Shown one piece after another: positions 28,320-36,962 of a DNA stretch of 64,000 nucleotides (positions within the stretch are counted from its first letter, which is position 1; every line of letters begins with the position of its first letter). The notes under the pieces are model-generated. The model did not search any database, had not been told where the DNA came from, and saw nothing but the letters and a program-made list of their open reading frames with translations. The DNA is from Acidobacteriota bacterium (GTDB lineage Bacteria > Acidobacteriota > Terriglobia > Terriglobales > Acidobacteriaceae): NCBI GenBank assembly GCA_021813745.1, contig JAKAJO010000069.1, positions 14,361 through 78,360 on the forward strand, written 5' to 3'. The translations under genes were made by a program, and so were the position numbers.

Positions 28320-29726
28320 ATGAGCTCAGTCATCAAGTTCGGGACTTCAGGTTGGCGCGCAATCGTGGCGGATGAGTTCACGCTGGCGAATATTCGATTG
28401 GCGGTGGCGGGTATTGCCGCCTACGTCAAGACGCAGCCGGCACCTCACCGTGTTCTCGTGGGCCGCGATCCGCGTTTTCTGGGGGAGACGTTCGTCACAG
28501 AGGCAGCGCGCGTTCTGTCCTCCGCAGGAGTCACTCCCATTGTGATTCCCGACGCAGCGCCCACTCCGGCGATTGCCTATGCTGTGCGTGAGCAGAAGAC
28601 GTCAGGAGCCATTAACTTTACGGCATCGCACAACCCGCCTGAGTACAACGGGATCAAGTTCTCCACGCATGACGGTGCGCCGGCGCTTCCGGAGGTGACT
28701 GGGAAGATTGAGGCAGCCATCGCAGAGCTTGGGAAAGGCGGCGGAGGCGGCGTGCCAAGTCCCTTCGTGGAGACGTTTGAGACGTTTGATGTGAAGCCTG
28801 CTTTTCTGAAGCGACTTGCCGAACTGGTGGATCTGAAAGCGATCGCGAAGTCGGGAATCAAAGTGGTGTACGACCCCTTTTGGGGAGCTGGGCGCGGATA
28901 CAGTACGGATCTGCTTCGCGAGGCGGGTGTGGAGGTTGTGGCTGTGCATGACTACCGTGACGTTCTGTTCGGCGGCCATGCGCCCGAGCCGGATGACCAC
29001 TTGCTGGGCGACGCCAAGGCGAAGATGAAGGAGATCGGCGCTCAAATTGGAATCGCAACGGATGGAGACGCGGATCGATTCGGGATCGTGGATGCAGACG
29101 GGACCTTCATCCAGCCCAACTACATCATCGCTCTGCTCTTTGATTATCTCGTGGAAACGCGCGGGTGGAAGAATGGTGTTGCCAAGAGCGTGGCCACCAC
29201 CAATCTGGTCAATGGCCTTGCCGACTTTCACAAAGTTCCGCTCTACGAAACACCCGTTGGGTTCAAGTATATCGGTGAGCTGATTATTGCGGATCGAATT
29301 GCGATTGGCGGCGAGGAATCGGCGGGGCTGACGATCCGTGGTCACGTGCCGGAGAAAGACGGGGTGCTCGCCGGTCTGCTTGCCGCCGAAATGGTTGCCA
29401 CACGGGGCAAGAGCCTGGGTGTTCAATTGCGGGAACTTTTTGCCAAGGTTGGTTCCTACTATCCAGTTCGAGAAAACTTCCGCTTGACCCCGGAGCGCAA
29501 GGCCGCGTTCACTGAGAAGTTGAAGGCAGATCCGACTGAGCTAAGCGGCCGGAAGGTAACCAAGGTCGTGCGAACGGATGGGCTCAAGTTGATTCTCGAA
29601 GATGGATCCTGGGTCTGCTATCGGCTTTCTGGTACGGAGCCCGTGGTGCGAGCCTACACCGAGGCCCGCAGTGAGAAGGATATGAAGGCCCTGCGCACGG
29701 CTGCAGAGGCATTTGTGCTGTCATAG
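28320..29726 (+). CDS. Alpha-D-phosphohexomutase (phosphoglucomutase/phosphomannomutase)
   Basis: Start ATG 28320. 'KFGTSGWRA', the phosphoserine loop 'FTASHNPPEYNGIK', 'ATDGDADRFG' and 'GGEESAG'. Confidence 0.85.
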   Translation: MSSVIKFGTSGWRAIVADEFTLANIRLAVAGIAAYVKTQPAPHRVLVGRDPRFLGETFVTEAARVLSSAGVTPIVIPDAAPTPAIAYAVREQKTSGAINFTASHNPPEYNGIKFSTHDGAPALPEVTGKIEAAIAELGKGGGGGVPSPFVETFETFDVKPAFLKRLAELVDLKAIAKSGIKVVYDPFWGAGRGYSTDLLREAGVEVVAVHDYRDVLFGGHAPEPDDHLLGDAKAKMKEIGAQIGIATDGDADRFGIVDADGTFIQPNYIIALLFDYLVETRGWKNGVAKSVATTNLVNGLADFHKVPLYETPVGFKYIGELIIADRIAIGGEESAGLTIRGHVPEKDGVLAGLLAAEMVATRGKSLGVQLRELFAKVGSYYPVRENFRLTPERKAAFTEKLKADPTELSGRKVTKVVRTDGLKLILEDGSWVCYRLSGTEPVVRAYTEARSEKDMKALRTAAEAFVLS

Positions 29727-29737
29727 ATGGTTTCAGA

Positions 29738-30139
29738 ATGAGCTTAGATTACGAGCGGTCTCGATCCAATCCGCCTCAAGGACCCACGCGGCTCTCACTG
29801 CGCGAGCGTACGCTTGAGATGGTGCAGCAAGCGTGGAGGCCTGCCGGCACACTCGTAGCATTTGCGCTTGCCATGCTATTTGGATGGGGCGTTGTGAACG
29901 GCAAACATGGTCTTTCCGCATGGGAACAGCAGCGCATGCAGGACCGGAAGCTACGGCAGGAGATCCAGGACCTGCAGCAGGAAAATGCGAGGCTGCGCGA
30001 TCACATCCAGCACCTGAAGACAGACCCTGATGCCATTGAACATGAGGCTCGTGAGCAGTTGCATTATGCACGCCCCGGCGAGGTGATCTATACCCTGCCC
30101 GAAAATCCGCAAACCCAGCCCACGAGCGATGGCAAGTAG
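29738..30139 (+). CDS. ftsB: Septum formation initiator (FtsB/DivIC family)
   Basis: One TM helix, then the coiled coil 'RKLRQEIQDLQQENARLRDHIQHLK' and 'IEHEAREQLHYARPGEVIY'. Confidence 0.75.
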   Translation: MSLDYERSRSNPPQGPTRLSLRERTLEMVQQAWRPAGTLVAFALAMLFGWGVVNGKHGLSAWEQQRMQDRKLRQEIQDLQQENARLRDHIQHLKTDPDAIEHEAREQLHYARPGEVIYTLPENPQTQPTSDGK

Positions 30140-30190
30140 TCTCTTCCAGACTTGAATGGCAACGGGACCGGAACCATTCCGTGCGACAGG

Positions 30191-31699
30191 TTAAAAGTCG
30201 ATATGCCCGCGTACCGAGCCAACCCAGGCTGGGCCGCGGTCGCGGTTGTAGCCGGGATCGGTAATATGTTGCACGTCGACGGCATAAAACAAGCCGCGCC
30301 ATGCGTGCCAGTTGTAATAGCTTTCAACAATATTCTCGCGGCCGTAATTCAGCCTTCCGTCGCCGAGCAGAAATCCAAGGCCACCATTGCGAAGATAGTT
30401 TTGATGATCCCGTTTGATAGCGTTGGAAACAAAGGCGACACCGATCTTGTCCACAGGGCGATGCCAGCGGAGTCCCGCAAGATCGGCACCGAATTCGACG
30501 GTTTGATCCACCTCAGTGTAGGCAAAGGACTCGTGCTGCCCCTCGTTCCAGCCAAATCGGCCGAAGACACGCAGTGAGTCCGTCAGCTCCTGCACATTGT
30601 TTACGCCAAATCCATACTTGAGGGCGCCAAAGTGTTCATGCTGCGTAATTTCCGGTGTGGGGTCTGTGCCGGAGAGGAATGCCTGGACAGCTTCCCTGTA
30701 ATCACCCATGTGCGCACGATTGGCGTAGAAGAGCACGCGAGTGATGCCCTTTCGATTCGCAATGAGACTGCGCCGCAATTCAAACTCGCCGTTCTGTCCG
30801 TGCGCTCGGCTGAAGGCCCAGTCGAGTGCAAGACCGTTGGCGACCGTTGGCATCGCGAAGAGGCCGTAGCGAATGCTCCACTGCCGATCGTCGTACTCAG
30901 CCATCCCGCCGACGGTGTATCCACGCGTGTCGGCGGCATAGTCCCATGCGCCGTTGTTGTCCACGGTCCAGTTCATGAATTGCAGATGGCTATCCGATCC
31001 GGCATCGTTGATATCGAAGAAGTCAGGCAAACTGAGCTTGCCAATTCGAAACTCAATGCGCCGCACCGGAACACTCGGGGCCCATCCAAAAGGTCCTTGC
31101 AGCTGGGAAACGGTTTCGTTGGTCAATCCAATGACCTGATGGATCTGGTAGCGGGCGATATATGGGGTTTGACTCAGATAGGGATTTCGAACGACATCCA
31201 GATTCGTAAATCCTGCGAGTCCGAGCGCTTCGCTCAAGCCGCGACCTGCGGCGTCTTCCATGTCAAAGATTAAGTCCGTGTTGTAGCGGATCGAATGACT
31301 GCGACGCAGCCCTGTGAAGAGCGTTGAGATGGTAGAGGTCTTATACTCCGCCGAATTGCGGAAGCTGTTGGCGCCCTGGTACGGAGAATGGAAAGGCAAT
31401 CGCCCCTGAAAAATTACATTGGCCTGGCCGGAAACCCAGTAGAGACTCTCTTCGGAATGGGGGGCCATGGTGACTGCAAGGTTCTGGGGTGCGGAGACTG
31501 CCGCGTCGGCATCACTGGGCTTGTCGCCGAAGCTGCCGTGCTGTGGCGCACTGGCGACGTTCGTGGCGGTAAGCTCTAGCCACTGCGGCTCCGGTGCGGT
31601 GGGAATCTGAGCCTGTGCGGGACAATCAAAGCTCGCCGCTTCCGCAGCCGCAAGAGCGATGCAGACGAGGAGTTCGGCGATGGGAAGGGGCCAGGTCAT
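30191..31699 (-). CDS. Carbohydrate-selective porin, OprB family
   Basis: Signal peptide and beta-rich body. The C-terminus 'YYNWHAWRGLFYAVDVQHITDPGYNRDRGPAWVGSVRGHIDF' fits the family. Confidence 0.8.
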   Translation of the reverse strand: MTWPLPIAELLVCIALAAAEAASFDCPAQAQIPTAPEPQWLELTATNVASAPQHGSFGDKPSDADAAVSAPQNLAVTMAPHSEESLYWVSGQANVIFQGRLPFHSPYQGANSFRNSAEYKTSTISTLFTGLRRSHSIRYNTDLIFDMEDAAGRGLSEALGLAGFTNLDVVRNPYLSQTPYIARYQIHQVIGLTNETVSQLQGPFGWAPSVPVRRIEFRIGKLSLPDFFDINDAGSDSHLQFMNWTVDNNGAWDYAADTRGYTVGGMAEYDDRQWSIRYGLFAMPTVANGLALDWAFSRAHGQNGEFELRRSLIANRKGITRVLFYANRAHMGDYREAVQAFLSGTDPTPEITQHEHFGALKYGFGVNNVQELTDSLRVFGRFGWNEGQHESFAYTEVDQTVEFGADLAGLRWHRPVDKIGVAFVSNAIKRDHQNYLRNGGLGFLLGDGRLNYGRENIVESYYNWHAWRGLFYAVDVQHITDPGYNRDRGPAWVGSVRGHIDF

Positions 31700-31719
31700 G
31701 AGCGGGAATCTCGGCGAAA

Positions 31720-31797
31720 TTGAGTGGGATGCGTCGAGCGCTATAATGGCCTCTGGCCATACCCATATACCGTATATACTATACCTGGGGTGGGTAT
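31720..31797 (+). promoter_or_regulatory. Putative sigma70-like promoter plus CsoR/RcnR-type operator upstream of the regulator gene
   Basis: TTGAGT (31720)-N16-TATAAT (31742). The inverted repeat ATACCCA...TGGGTAT spans 31759-31797. It encloses the palindrome ATATAC-C-GTATAT (31765-31777) and the G-tract site ATACC-TGGGG-TGGGTAT (31781-31797). Confidence 0.5.
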
Positions 31798-31815
31798 TGT
31801 CAACCGAGGTGATCC

Positions 31816-32088
31816 TTGTCCATACAAGAGCGGGAAAAGCTGAAACTTTTGCAGCGAGTAAGGCGCTTGCGCGGCCAGTTGGATGCGGTGGAGCGGCTTC
31901 TGACCGCGAATGACGATTGTGGCGGTCAGTTGATGCTTCTTGCTGCCGTGCGCGGCGGCGTCAACGGCCTGATGGCAGAAATTCTCGAAACGCATATCCG
32001 GTTCCATCTCGCCGATGGCGCCAAGGAGCAGATTGCTCCCGAGTTGGCTGAGGATCTGATTGATCTGGTTCGCGCGTATCTGAAATGA
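31816..32088 (+). CDS. Metal-sensing transcriptional repressor of the CsoR/RcnR/FrmR (DUF156) family, with C35-H60-H64 ligand pattern
   Basis: TTG 31816 is preceded by GAGGTG. 90 aa. Contains 'DDCGGQLMLLAAVRGGVNGLMAEILETHIRFH'. Confidence 0.85.
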   Translation: MSIQEREKLKLLQRVRRLRGQLDAVERLLTANDDCGGQLMLLAAVRGGVNGLMAEILETHIRFHLADGAKEQIAPELAEDLIDLVRAYLK

Positions 32089-32262
32089 AAGCCTCAGAAG
32101 TTTGAGACCCACTCTCTGCTTCATCCTAACTTGCATCAAGGCCTCTTTTGTTAAGGTTTGGTGGATTCGATGCTGGGGAAATGATGACGGCCAGAGCGCC
32201 GGCCTATGGATCCCCCCGAAGCCGTCAGTCGCAGGGCACCGATATGCGATACTCGGTATGTC

Positions 32263-32967
32263 ATGTACAAACGCATTGTTCTCAAGCTTTCGGGAGAGGC
32301 GCTTGCAGGCGCGCGCGGTTTTGGCCTCGACGCAATCAAGGTGGCAGAGATCACCGGTGAAATTGCCGAGGTACATGCACTGGGCGTGGAAATTGGAATC
32401 GTCGTGGGCGGTGGGAACTTCTTTCGAGGGGTTGCCGAGCAGGCCAAGGAGATGGATCGAGTCGCCGCCGACAACATGGGCATGCTTTCCACCGTCATTA
32501 ATGCGATCGCATTACAGGATGCGCTGGAGCAGCGCGGCGTGCAATGTCGTGTGATGACGGCGGTTTTCATGAATCAGGTTGCCGAGCCGTACATCCGCCG
32601 GCGCGCCGTGCGCCACCTGGAAAAGGGACGCGTCGTGATTTTTGCGGCAGGCATTGGAAATCCGTTTTTCTCCACGGATACGGCCGCCAGCCTGCGTGCC
32701 ATGGAAATCAAAGCGGAGGTGCTGCTGAAAGGCACCAAGGTGGAGGGCGTCTACAACGCGGATCCAATTCTTGTGAAGGACGCGGTGAAGTACGACGAGT
32801 TGACCTATATGGATATCCTGCAGCAGGGGCTGAAGGTGATGGACCTGACCGCGGTGAGTCTCTGCAAAGACAATAACCTGCCCATGATCATCTTCAATAT
32901 GAATCATCCAGGCAACATTCGGCGTGTGGTACTCGGCGAGAAAGTCGGCTCGCTTGTCACTGCCTAG
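32263..32967 (+). CDS. pyrH: UMP kinase
   Basis: Start ATG 32263. '[12 protein letters not shown]', '[10 protein letters not shown]' and 'GVYNADP'. 234 aa. Confidence 0.95.
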   Translation: MYKRIVLKLSGEALAGARGFGLDAIKVAEITGEIAEVHALGVEIGIVVGGGNFFRGVAEQAKEMDRVAADNMGMLSTVINAIALQDALEQRGVQCRVMTAVFMNQVAEPYIRRRAVRHLEKGRVVIFAAGIGNPFFSTDTAASLRAMEIKAEVLLKGTKVEGVYNADPILVKDAVKYDELTYMDILQQGLKVMDLTAVSLCKDNNLPMIIFNMNHPGNIRRVVLGEKVGSLVTA

Positions 32968-32992
32968 AGCGGGCGGAGTCGTCTAACGTTCT

Positions 32993-34087
32993 GTGGATCA
33001 ACGCAAGCCAGCTCCGCTGCAGGCCTTGACAGGACTCCGCTGCTTCGCAGCTGTCAACATCGTCTTTTTTCATTTTTCTGATCCGAAGATATTCGGGTGG
33101 TTTGCGCCCATTGTGAATGCCGGCTATGCGTCGGTAAGTTACTTCATCCTTCTATCCGGCTTCGTGCTGGGCTACAACTACAACGCCCGGGCTCGCGCTG
33201 GTGAGTTGGATGTGGTTCGTTTCTATAAAGCGCGATTCACGCGGCTTTATCCCATCTACTTTCTGAGTCTGATTCTGTCGTGGCGCATGGTGCCGCTGGA
33301 GTGGGATGCTCACACGCACGCCATGTTTTGGGCGGGGATGGTACTGACGCCGATGCTTTTGCAAGGCTGGGTTCCATCGATTGCCACATTTTTGAATACT
33401 CCAGCCTGGACAATGTCTGCGGAGTCTTTTTTTTACCTGATTTTTCCCTGGATGGCGCGCTGGAAGAAACCTCGGGATGTGCGGAAGCATGTGGCCAAAA
33501 TGGGAGGCATCTGGCTGCTGGGCCTAATTCCCGGTACGCTCTATATCGTCTTTCATCCCGATGGAATTACCCATCCGGATCGCTGGAGCTACGGGCCATG
33601 GCTGCAGGCGTTGAAGTATACCCCCATTCCCCACTTGGCGAGTTTTGTCTTCGGAGTTTTACTGGCGGAACTGGATGAACTCATTCCTAGGATGGGGCGG
33701 TTGCGGCTCATTCTGGGGAGCTTTGGATTTGCGGCCGCTTTCAGCCTCCTTTCACTTGGCCCTAGAGTGCCCTATGCATTGCTGCATGACGGGCTCCTCA
33801 TGCCTCTTTTTGGGTGCATCGTGCTGGGACTCGCGGGGAACAATCCGCTCGCCCATGCGCTGGGGGTGCGTCCCCTCGTCTTTGTGGGAGAGGCGAGTTA
33901 CTGCCTTTATCTGCTCCACTTCAACATGTGGACCCTGCTCCACGATTCCCATGTGTTGAACAAACTCGGTCTGAGCCGATTTGATCCGTGGATCAGCTAT
34001 GTGCTCCTGATCGGAATGGCGATCCTGGCGCTTCACTTTATTGAAAAGCCCGCGCAGCGCAAGCTAAGGCAGTGGATGTCCGCCTAA
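32993..34087 (+). CDS. Acyltransferase family 3 membrane O-acyltransferase
   Basis: Start GTG 32993. About 10 TM helices. 'LTGLRCFAAVNIVFFH' is the N-terminal motif. Confidence 0.8.
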   Translation: MDQRKPAPLQALTGLRCFAAVNIVFFHFSDPKIFGWFAPIVNAGYASVSYFILLSGFVLGYNYNARARAGELDVVRFYKARFTRLYPIYFLSLILSWRMVPLEWDAHTHAMFWAGMVLTPMLLQGWVPSIATFLNTPAWTMSAESFFYLIFPWMARWKKPRDVRKHVAKMGGIWLLGLIPGTLYIVFHPDGITHPDRWSYGPWLQALKYTPIPHLASFVFGVLLAELDELIPRMGRLRLILGSFGFAAAFSLLSLGPRVPYALLHDGLLMPLFGCIVLGLAGNNPLAHALGVRPLVFVGEASYCLYLLHFNMWTLLHDSHVLNKLGLSRFDPWISYVLLIGMAILALHFIEKPAQRKLRQWMSA

Positions 34088-34122
34088 GCTCATCACCGTG
34101 AGCCTTCCATGCTGAAAGGAAA

Positions 34123-34148
34123 GAGCCCAATCCGAAGAGATTGGGCTC
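34123..34148. terminator. Bidirectional terminator hairpin between the convergent acyltransferase and propeller-1 genes
   Basis: GAGCCCAATC-cgaaga-GATTGGGCTC. The flank is T-rich on the minus strand (tttcctttc) and reads gctttg on the plus strand. Confidence 0.6.
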
Positions 34149-34176
34149 GCTTTGAAGGCTGGATGTTGATGGTGCC

Positions 34177-35388
34177 CTACGGGGTAACCGATTGGGTTGA
34201 GTGGTTTCCATGAGGCGCAAGAACGAGCGCGGTCGGATGGGAATCTGCTGGATACGGTGTTGCTTGTGTCGGCTTCAGCGTGCCTGCGTTGGGATCGAGT
34301 TGGAACCCCGAGATCGAGTTGCCACCGTAGTTTGCAGTGTAGACGAAGCGTCCGAGTGCAGGATCGACTGCGATCCACACGGGGAGGGAATCTGTCGAAT
34401 TCGTCGCGGCGCCTGTAGGATTGACGACCGCCGAAGGCGTCCCCGTATTCAAGTCGATGTTATAGGCCGACACCGAGGCATCGAGTGCATTCGAAACATA
34501 CATGTACAGGCCGCGCGGATCGATTGCCACCGAGGTGGGTTCGGCTCCTGTCTTGAAGGGGCCGTTGATGAGGAAGTTGAGCAAGCCGCTTGACTGAATC
34601 CCATATCCGATGAGCTGGTTGGACGCGTAGTCGGTGACGTAGGCGAAGCGGCTCGTTGGATCAGCCGTGATGGAGGTTGGTTTTACGCCCGCCTTGTAGG
34701 GACTGCCCAGCGTCGTCGTAAGGGTACCCCCGGAGCCGACCGTAAAGCCGAAGACCCAACCAGGATTTGCGGTGCTCGTCACGGTGCCACCGGGGTTGTA
34801 AGCGGCCTGGTCGTATACGCTCACGTACACAGCCTTATTGTTTGCCAGCGAAACAACACCTGTCGGCACCAACGGATCACCGGTATAGCCGGGCAGGACC
34901 AGGGCCTGCTGCGCAGTGACTGCGCCGATTGCGCCTGATGAGGAGAGGGCATATTCGGTCAATGTCGCCGAGGTTGAGCCGGAGGCAACGTAGAGGTAAT
35001 TGCCGCCCTGGTTGACGGCGAGAGAGACGGGCGGAACAGAGAGTGTGATGGAATCCTTCTTGGTCAGATTGCCGTTGTAATCGGCGGAGAAGTGAACCAC
35101 CGTGCTGTCCCCTGCGTTGGCGACGTAGAGGTCAGTATCGTTCGGCGCAATTGCCAGTGCCACCGGGTTAATACCGCCCGATGAGACCGTTGGGGGACCT
35201 GTGCGAAGAGCGCCAGATTCCGAGTCGACTGCGAACGTCTGGATTTGGCCATCGCCAGTTGATCCGGTGCCTGCGGACGCAAGGTAAAGATAATCGATTG
35301 TCACCAACTGGCAGGCAGTCAAAAGAGAGGCCACGATCAGGCCGAGAGACGAGACCAGAAAGAGCTGGCTCAGTTTGTTCAACTTCAT
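34177..35388 (-). CDS. Lipoprotein, 7-bladed beta-propeller (lactonase/YVTN-like) family, paralogue 1
   Basis: Lipobox LLTAC with Cys26. Repeated blade motifs 'LYVANAGDSTVVHF', 'FAYVTDYASNQLIGY', 'MYVSNALDASVSAYNI' and 'FVYTANYGGNSISGFQLD'. Confidence 0.75.
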   Translation of the reverse strand: MKLNKLSQLFLVSSLGLIVASLLTACQLVTIDYLYLASAGTGSTGDGQIQTFAVDSESGALRTGPPTVSSGGINPVALAIAPNDTDLYVANAGDSTVVHFSADYNGNLTKKDSITLSVPPVSLAVNQGGNYLYVASGSTSATLTEYALSSSGAIGAVTAQQALVLPGYTGDPLVPTGVVSLANNKAVYVSVYDQAAYNPGGTVTSTANPGWVFGFTVGSGGTLTTTLGSPYKAGVKPTSITADPTSRFAYVTDYASNQLIGYGIQSSGLLNFLINGPFKTGAEPTSVAIDPRGLYMYVSNALDASVSAYNIDLNTGTPSAVVNPTGAATNSTDSLPVWIAVDPALGRFVYTANYGGNSISGFQLDPNAGTLKPTQATPYPADSHPTALVLAPHGNHSTQSVTP

Positions 35389-35571
35389 GCGCTTCCTTCG
35401 TCTTGGGCCTTCATAATACGTGCCCAGGCAAGACTGGTTGAGTTCACCCGAAGATAGTGTAAAAGCCTATTGCCGGGTATTGCTAGCTGCTCTAATGCAA
35501 GCTGCTTCTTGTCTTCGCATCCTCTTGACCTGCTTCGGCAGTTGGAAGGATGCAACTTGAAATTGCGGCTG

Positions 35572-36774
35572 TCATTTATTGGGCAGCCGATGCGGGATTG
35601 CTGCCACAGCGGTTGGCTGGGCATTGGACTTGAATGGTGAAAACTGCGAAATCAGCAATGATCCGTCGGTTGGATTGATCTGAAATCCGGAAACATCGCC
35701 GCTTAGGAAATTCGCTGTGTAAAGGTACTGATTCCGTGAGGGGTCAATCCCGATTGCAACGGGCTGCGTGCCTGTCGTGTAGGTCCCTACGCGGGTCAGT
35801 GTTCCGTTGTTAATGGAGTAGGCCGTGACATTCGCATCGAGCGAGTTCACGGCGTAAGCAAACTTGCCAAGCGCGTCAACCACAATCGCCACAGGGGCAT
35901 TTCCAGAAGGGAAGGGACTTCCGCTGACAGGAGTCAGCAATCCATTCGTCTCTTGATACCCGAGGATCTTGCCGGTTGCCTGATCTGTGGCGTAAATGTA
36001 GTTCCCCACCGGATCCTGCGCGATGCTCGATGGCTGGGTTCCCGCAGCGAAGGGCACTCCGCCATTCAAGGGTGTTAGAGTTCCATCGGAATTTGCTGTG
36101 AACCCGAAGATATAGCCGCCGCCGCTCGTGGAGTCATACGCCGTTACATAAAGGTAGGCGCCGGATGCCGCAACGGTCAGACCGGTTGGCGTCATCACAT
36201 GAGTGGGGTTGCTGGGCAGGATCAGCGGCCAGTAGCTTGCGCCGATGGATGAGTTGGTCGATGGATTGCCGAGCGTATCGTCCTTGTTGATGGGAAAGAC
36301 CGAGACGGCGCCGGAGCACGGTGAAGCTGTGGAGCAGGTTGGCAAAGGCTGATACAGATCCAGCACGTAAAGGAGCTTGGCGCCGGACGAGATTGTGATC
36401 GCAAACGGGAAGACGCCCGGAGTATTCACCGTGCTGTTGGGATACAGCTTGCCGTCATTGCCGATGATGAATTGGACGATGGAGTTGTCATCCTCGTTGA
36501 CGACGTACAGGCTCGCGTTGTCGGGGGCCGGGGCATCAGCAACCGGGTTGCGTCCACCGGACGGAAAAGGTGAAGCCGGGATCTGCCGCATGCGTCCCGA
36601 GTCAGAGTTCACCTCGAAAACGTCAACTTGACCATACTGATTTGGCCCAGCCGCGAGAGCGCTCGTGACATAGACAAAGTCCGCCGTGAGTGTGCTGCAG
36701 GCAGTAATCAGTCCGGCTGCCACCAGGCTCGCCGCGGAGACCAGAACAAGCTGGCTCAATCTTTTCAACTTCAT
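35572..36774 (-). CDS. Lipoprotein, 7-bladed beta-propeller (lactonase/YVTN-like) family, paralogue 2
   Basis: Start ATG 36774, aligned with the paralogue 1 start. Lipobox LITAC with Cys26. Blade motifs 'LYVVNEDDNSIVQF', 'YIYATDQATGKILGY', 'FAYAVNSLDANVTAYSI' and 'YLYTANFLSGDVSGFQIN'. Confidence 0.75.
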   Translation of the reverse strand: MKLKRLSQLVLVSAASLVAAGLITACSTLTADFVYVTSALAAGPNQYGQVDVFEVNSDSGRMRQIPASPFPSGGRNPVADAPAPDNASLYVVNEDDNSIVQFIIGNDGKLYPNSTVNTPGVFPFAITISSGAKLLYVLDLYQPLPTCSTASPCSGAVSVFPINKDDTLGNPSTNSSIGASYWPLILPSNPTHVMTPTGLTVAASGAYLYVTAYDSTSGGGYIFGFTANSDGTLTPLNGGVPFAAGTQPSSIAQDPVGNYIYATDQATGKILGYQETNGLLTPVSGSPFPSGNAPVAIVVDALGKFAYAVNSLDANVTAYSINNGTLTRVGTYTTGTQPVAIGIDPSRNQYLYTANFLSGDVSGFQINPTDGSLLISQFSPFKSNAQPTAVAAIPHRLPNK

Positions 36775-36904
36775 GCGCATCTTTCATCAGCGGACCAGAA
36801 TTCGATCCGTTCATCAACTTTGAGGTTTACCCTGGCATGTTCCAGGGGATCAATTTTGCCGAACATCGAAGTCCAGAAGAATCGGAACAGGGCCCGATTT
36901 TCAA

Positions 36905-36934
36905 GGCGAGGAAGAGTTGGTTCCATTCCTCGCC
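36905..36934 (-). terminator. Hairpin downstream of propeller paralogue 3
   Basis: GGCGAGGAA-12 nt-TTCCTCGCC lies 29 nt after the stop. On the minus strand it is followed by ttgaaaatc, a weak U-tract. Confidence 0.45.
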
Positions 36935-36962
36935 CTGAATCAAGCAGGTCAGCCGCAGCCGA

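Noticed and set aside
33427-33434. A T8 homopolymer inside the acyltransferase-3 gene, considered as a second potential slippage or frameshift site.
   Set aside because: The reading frame is intact across it (tct ttt ttt tac encodes S-F-F-Y) and the protein continues normally, so there is no evidence of disruption.
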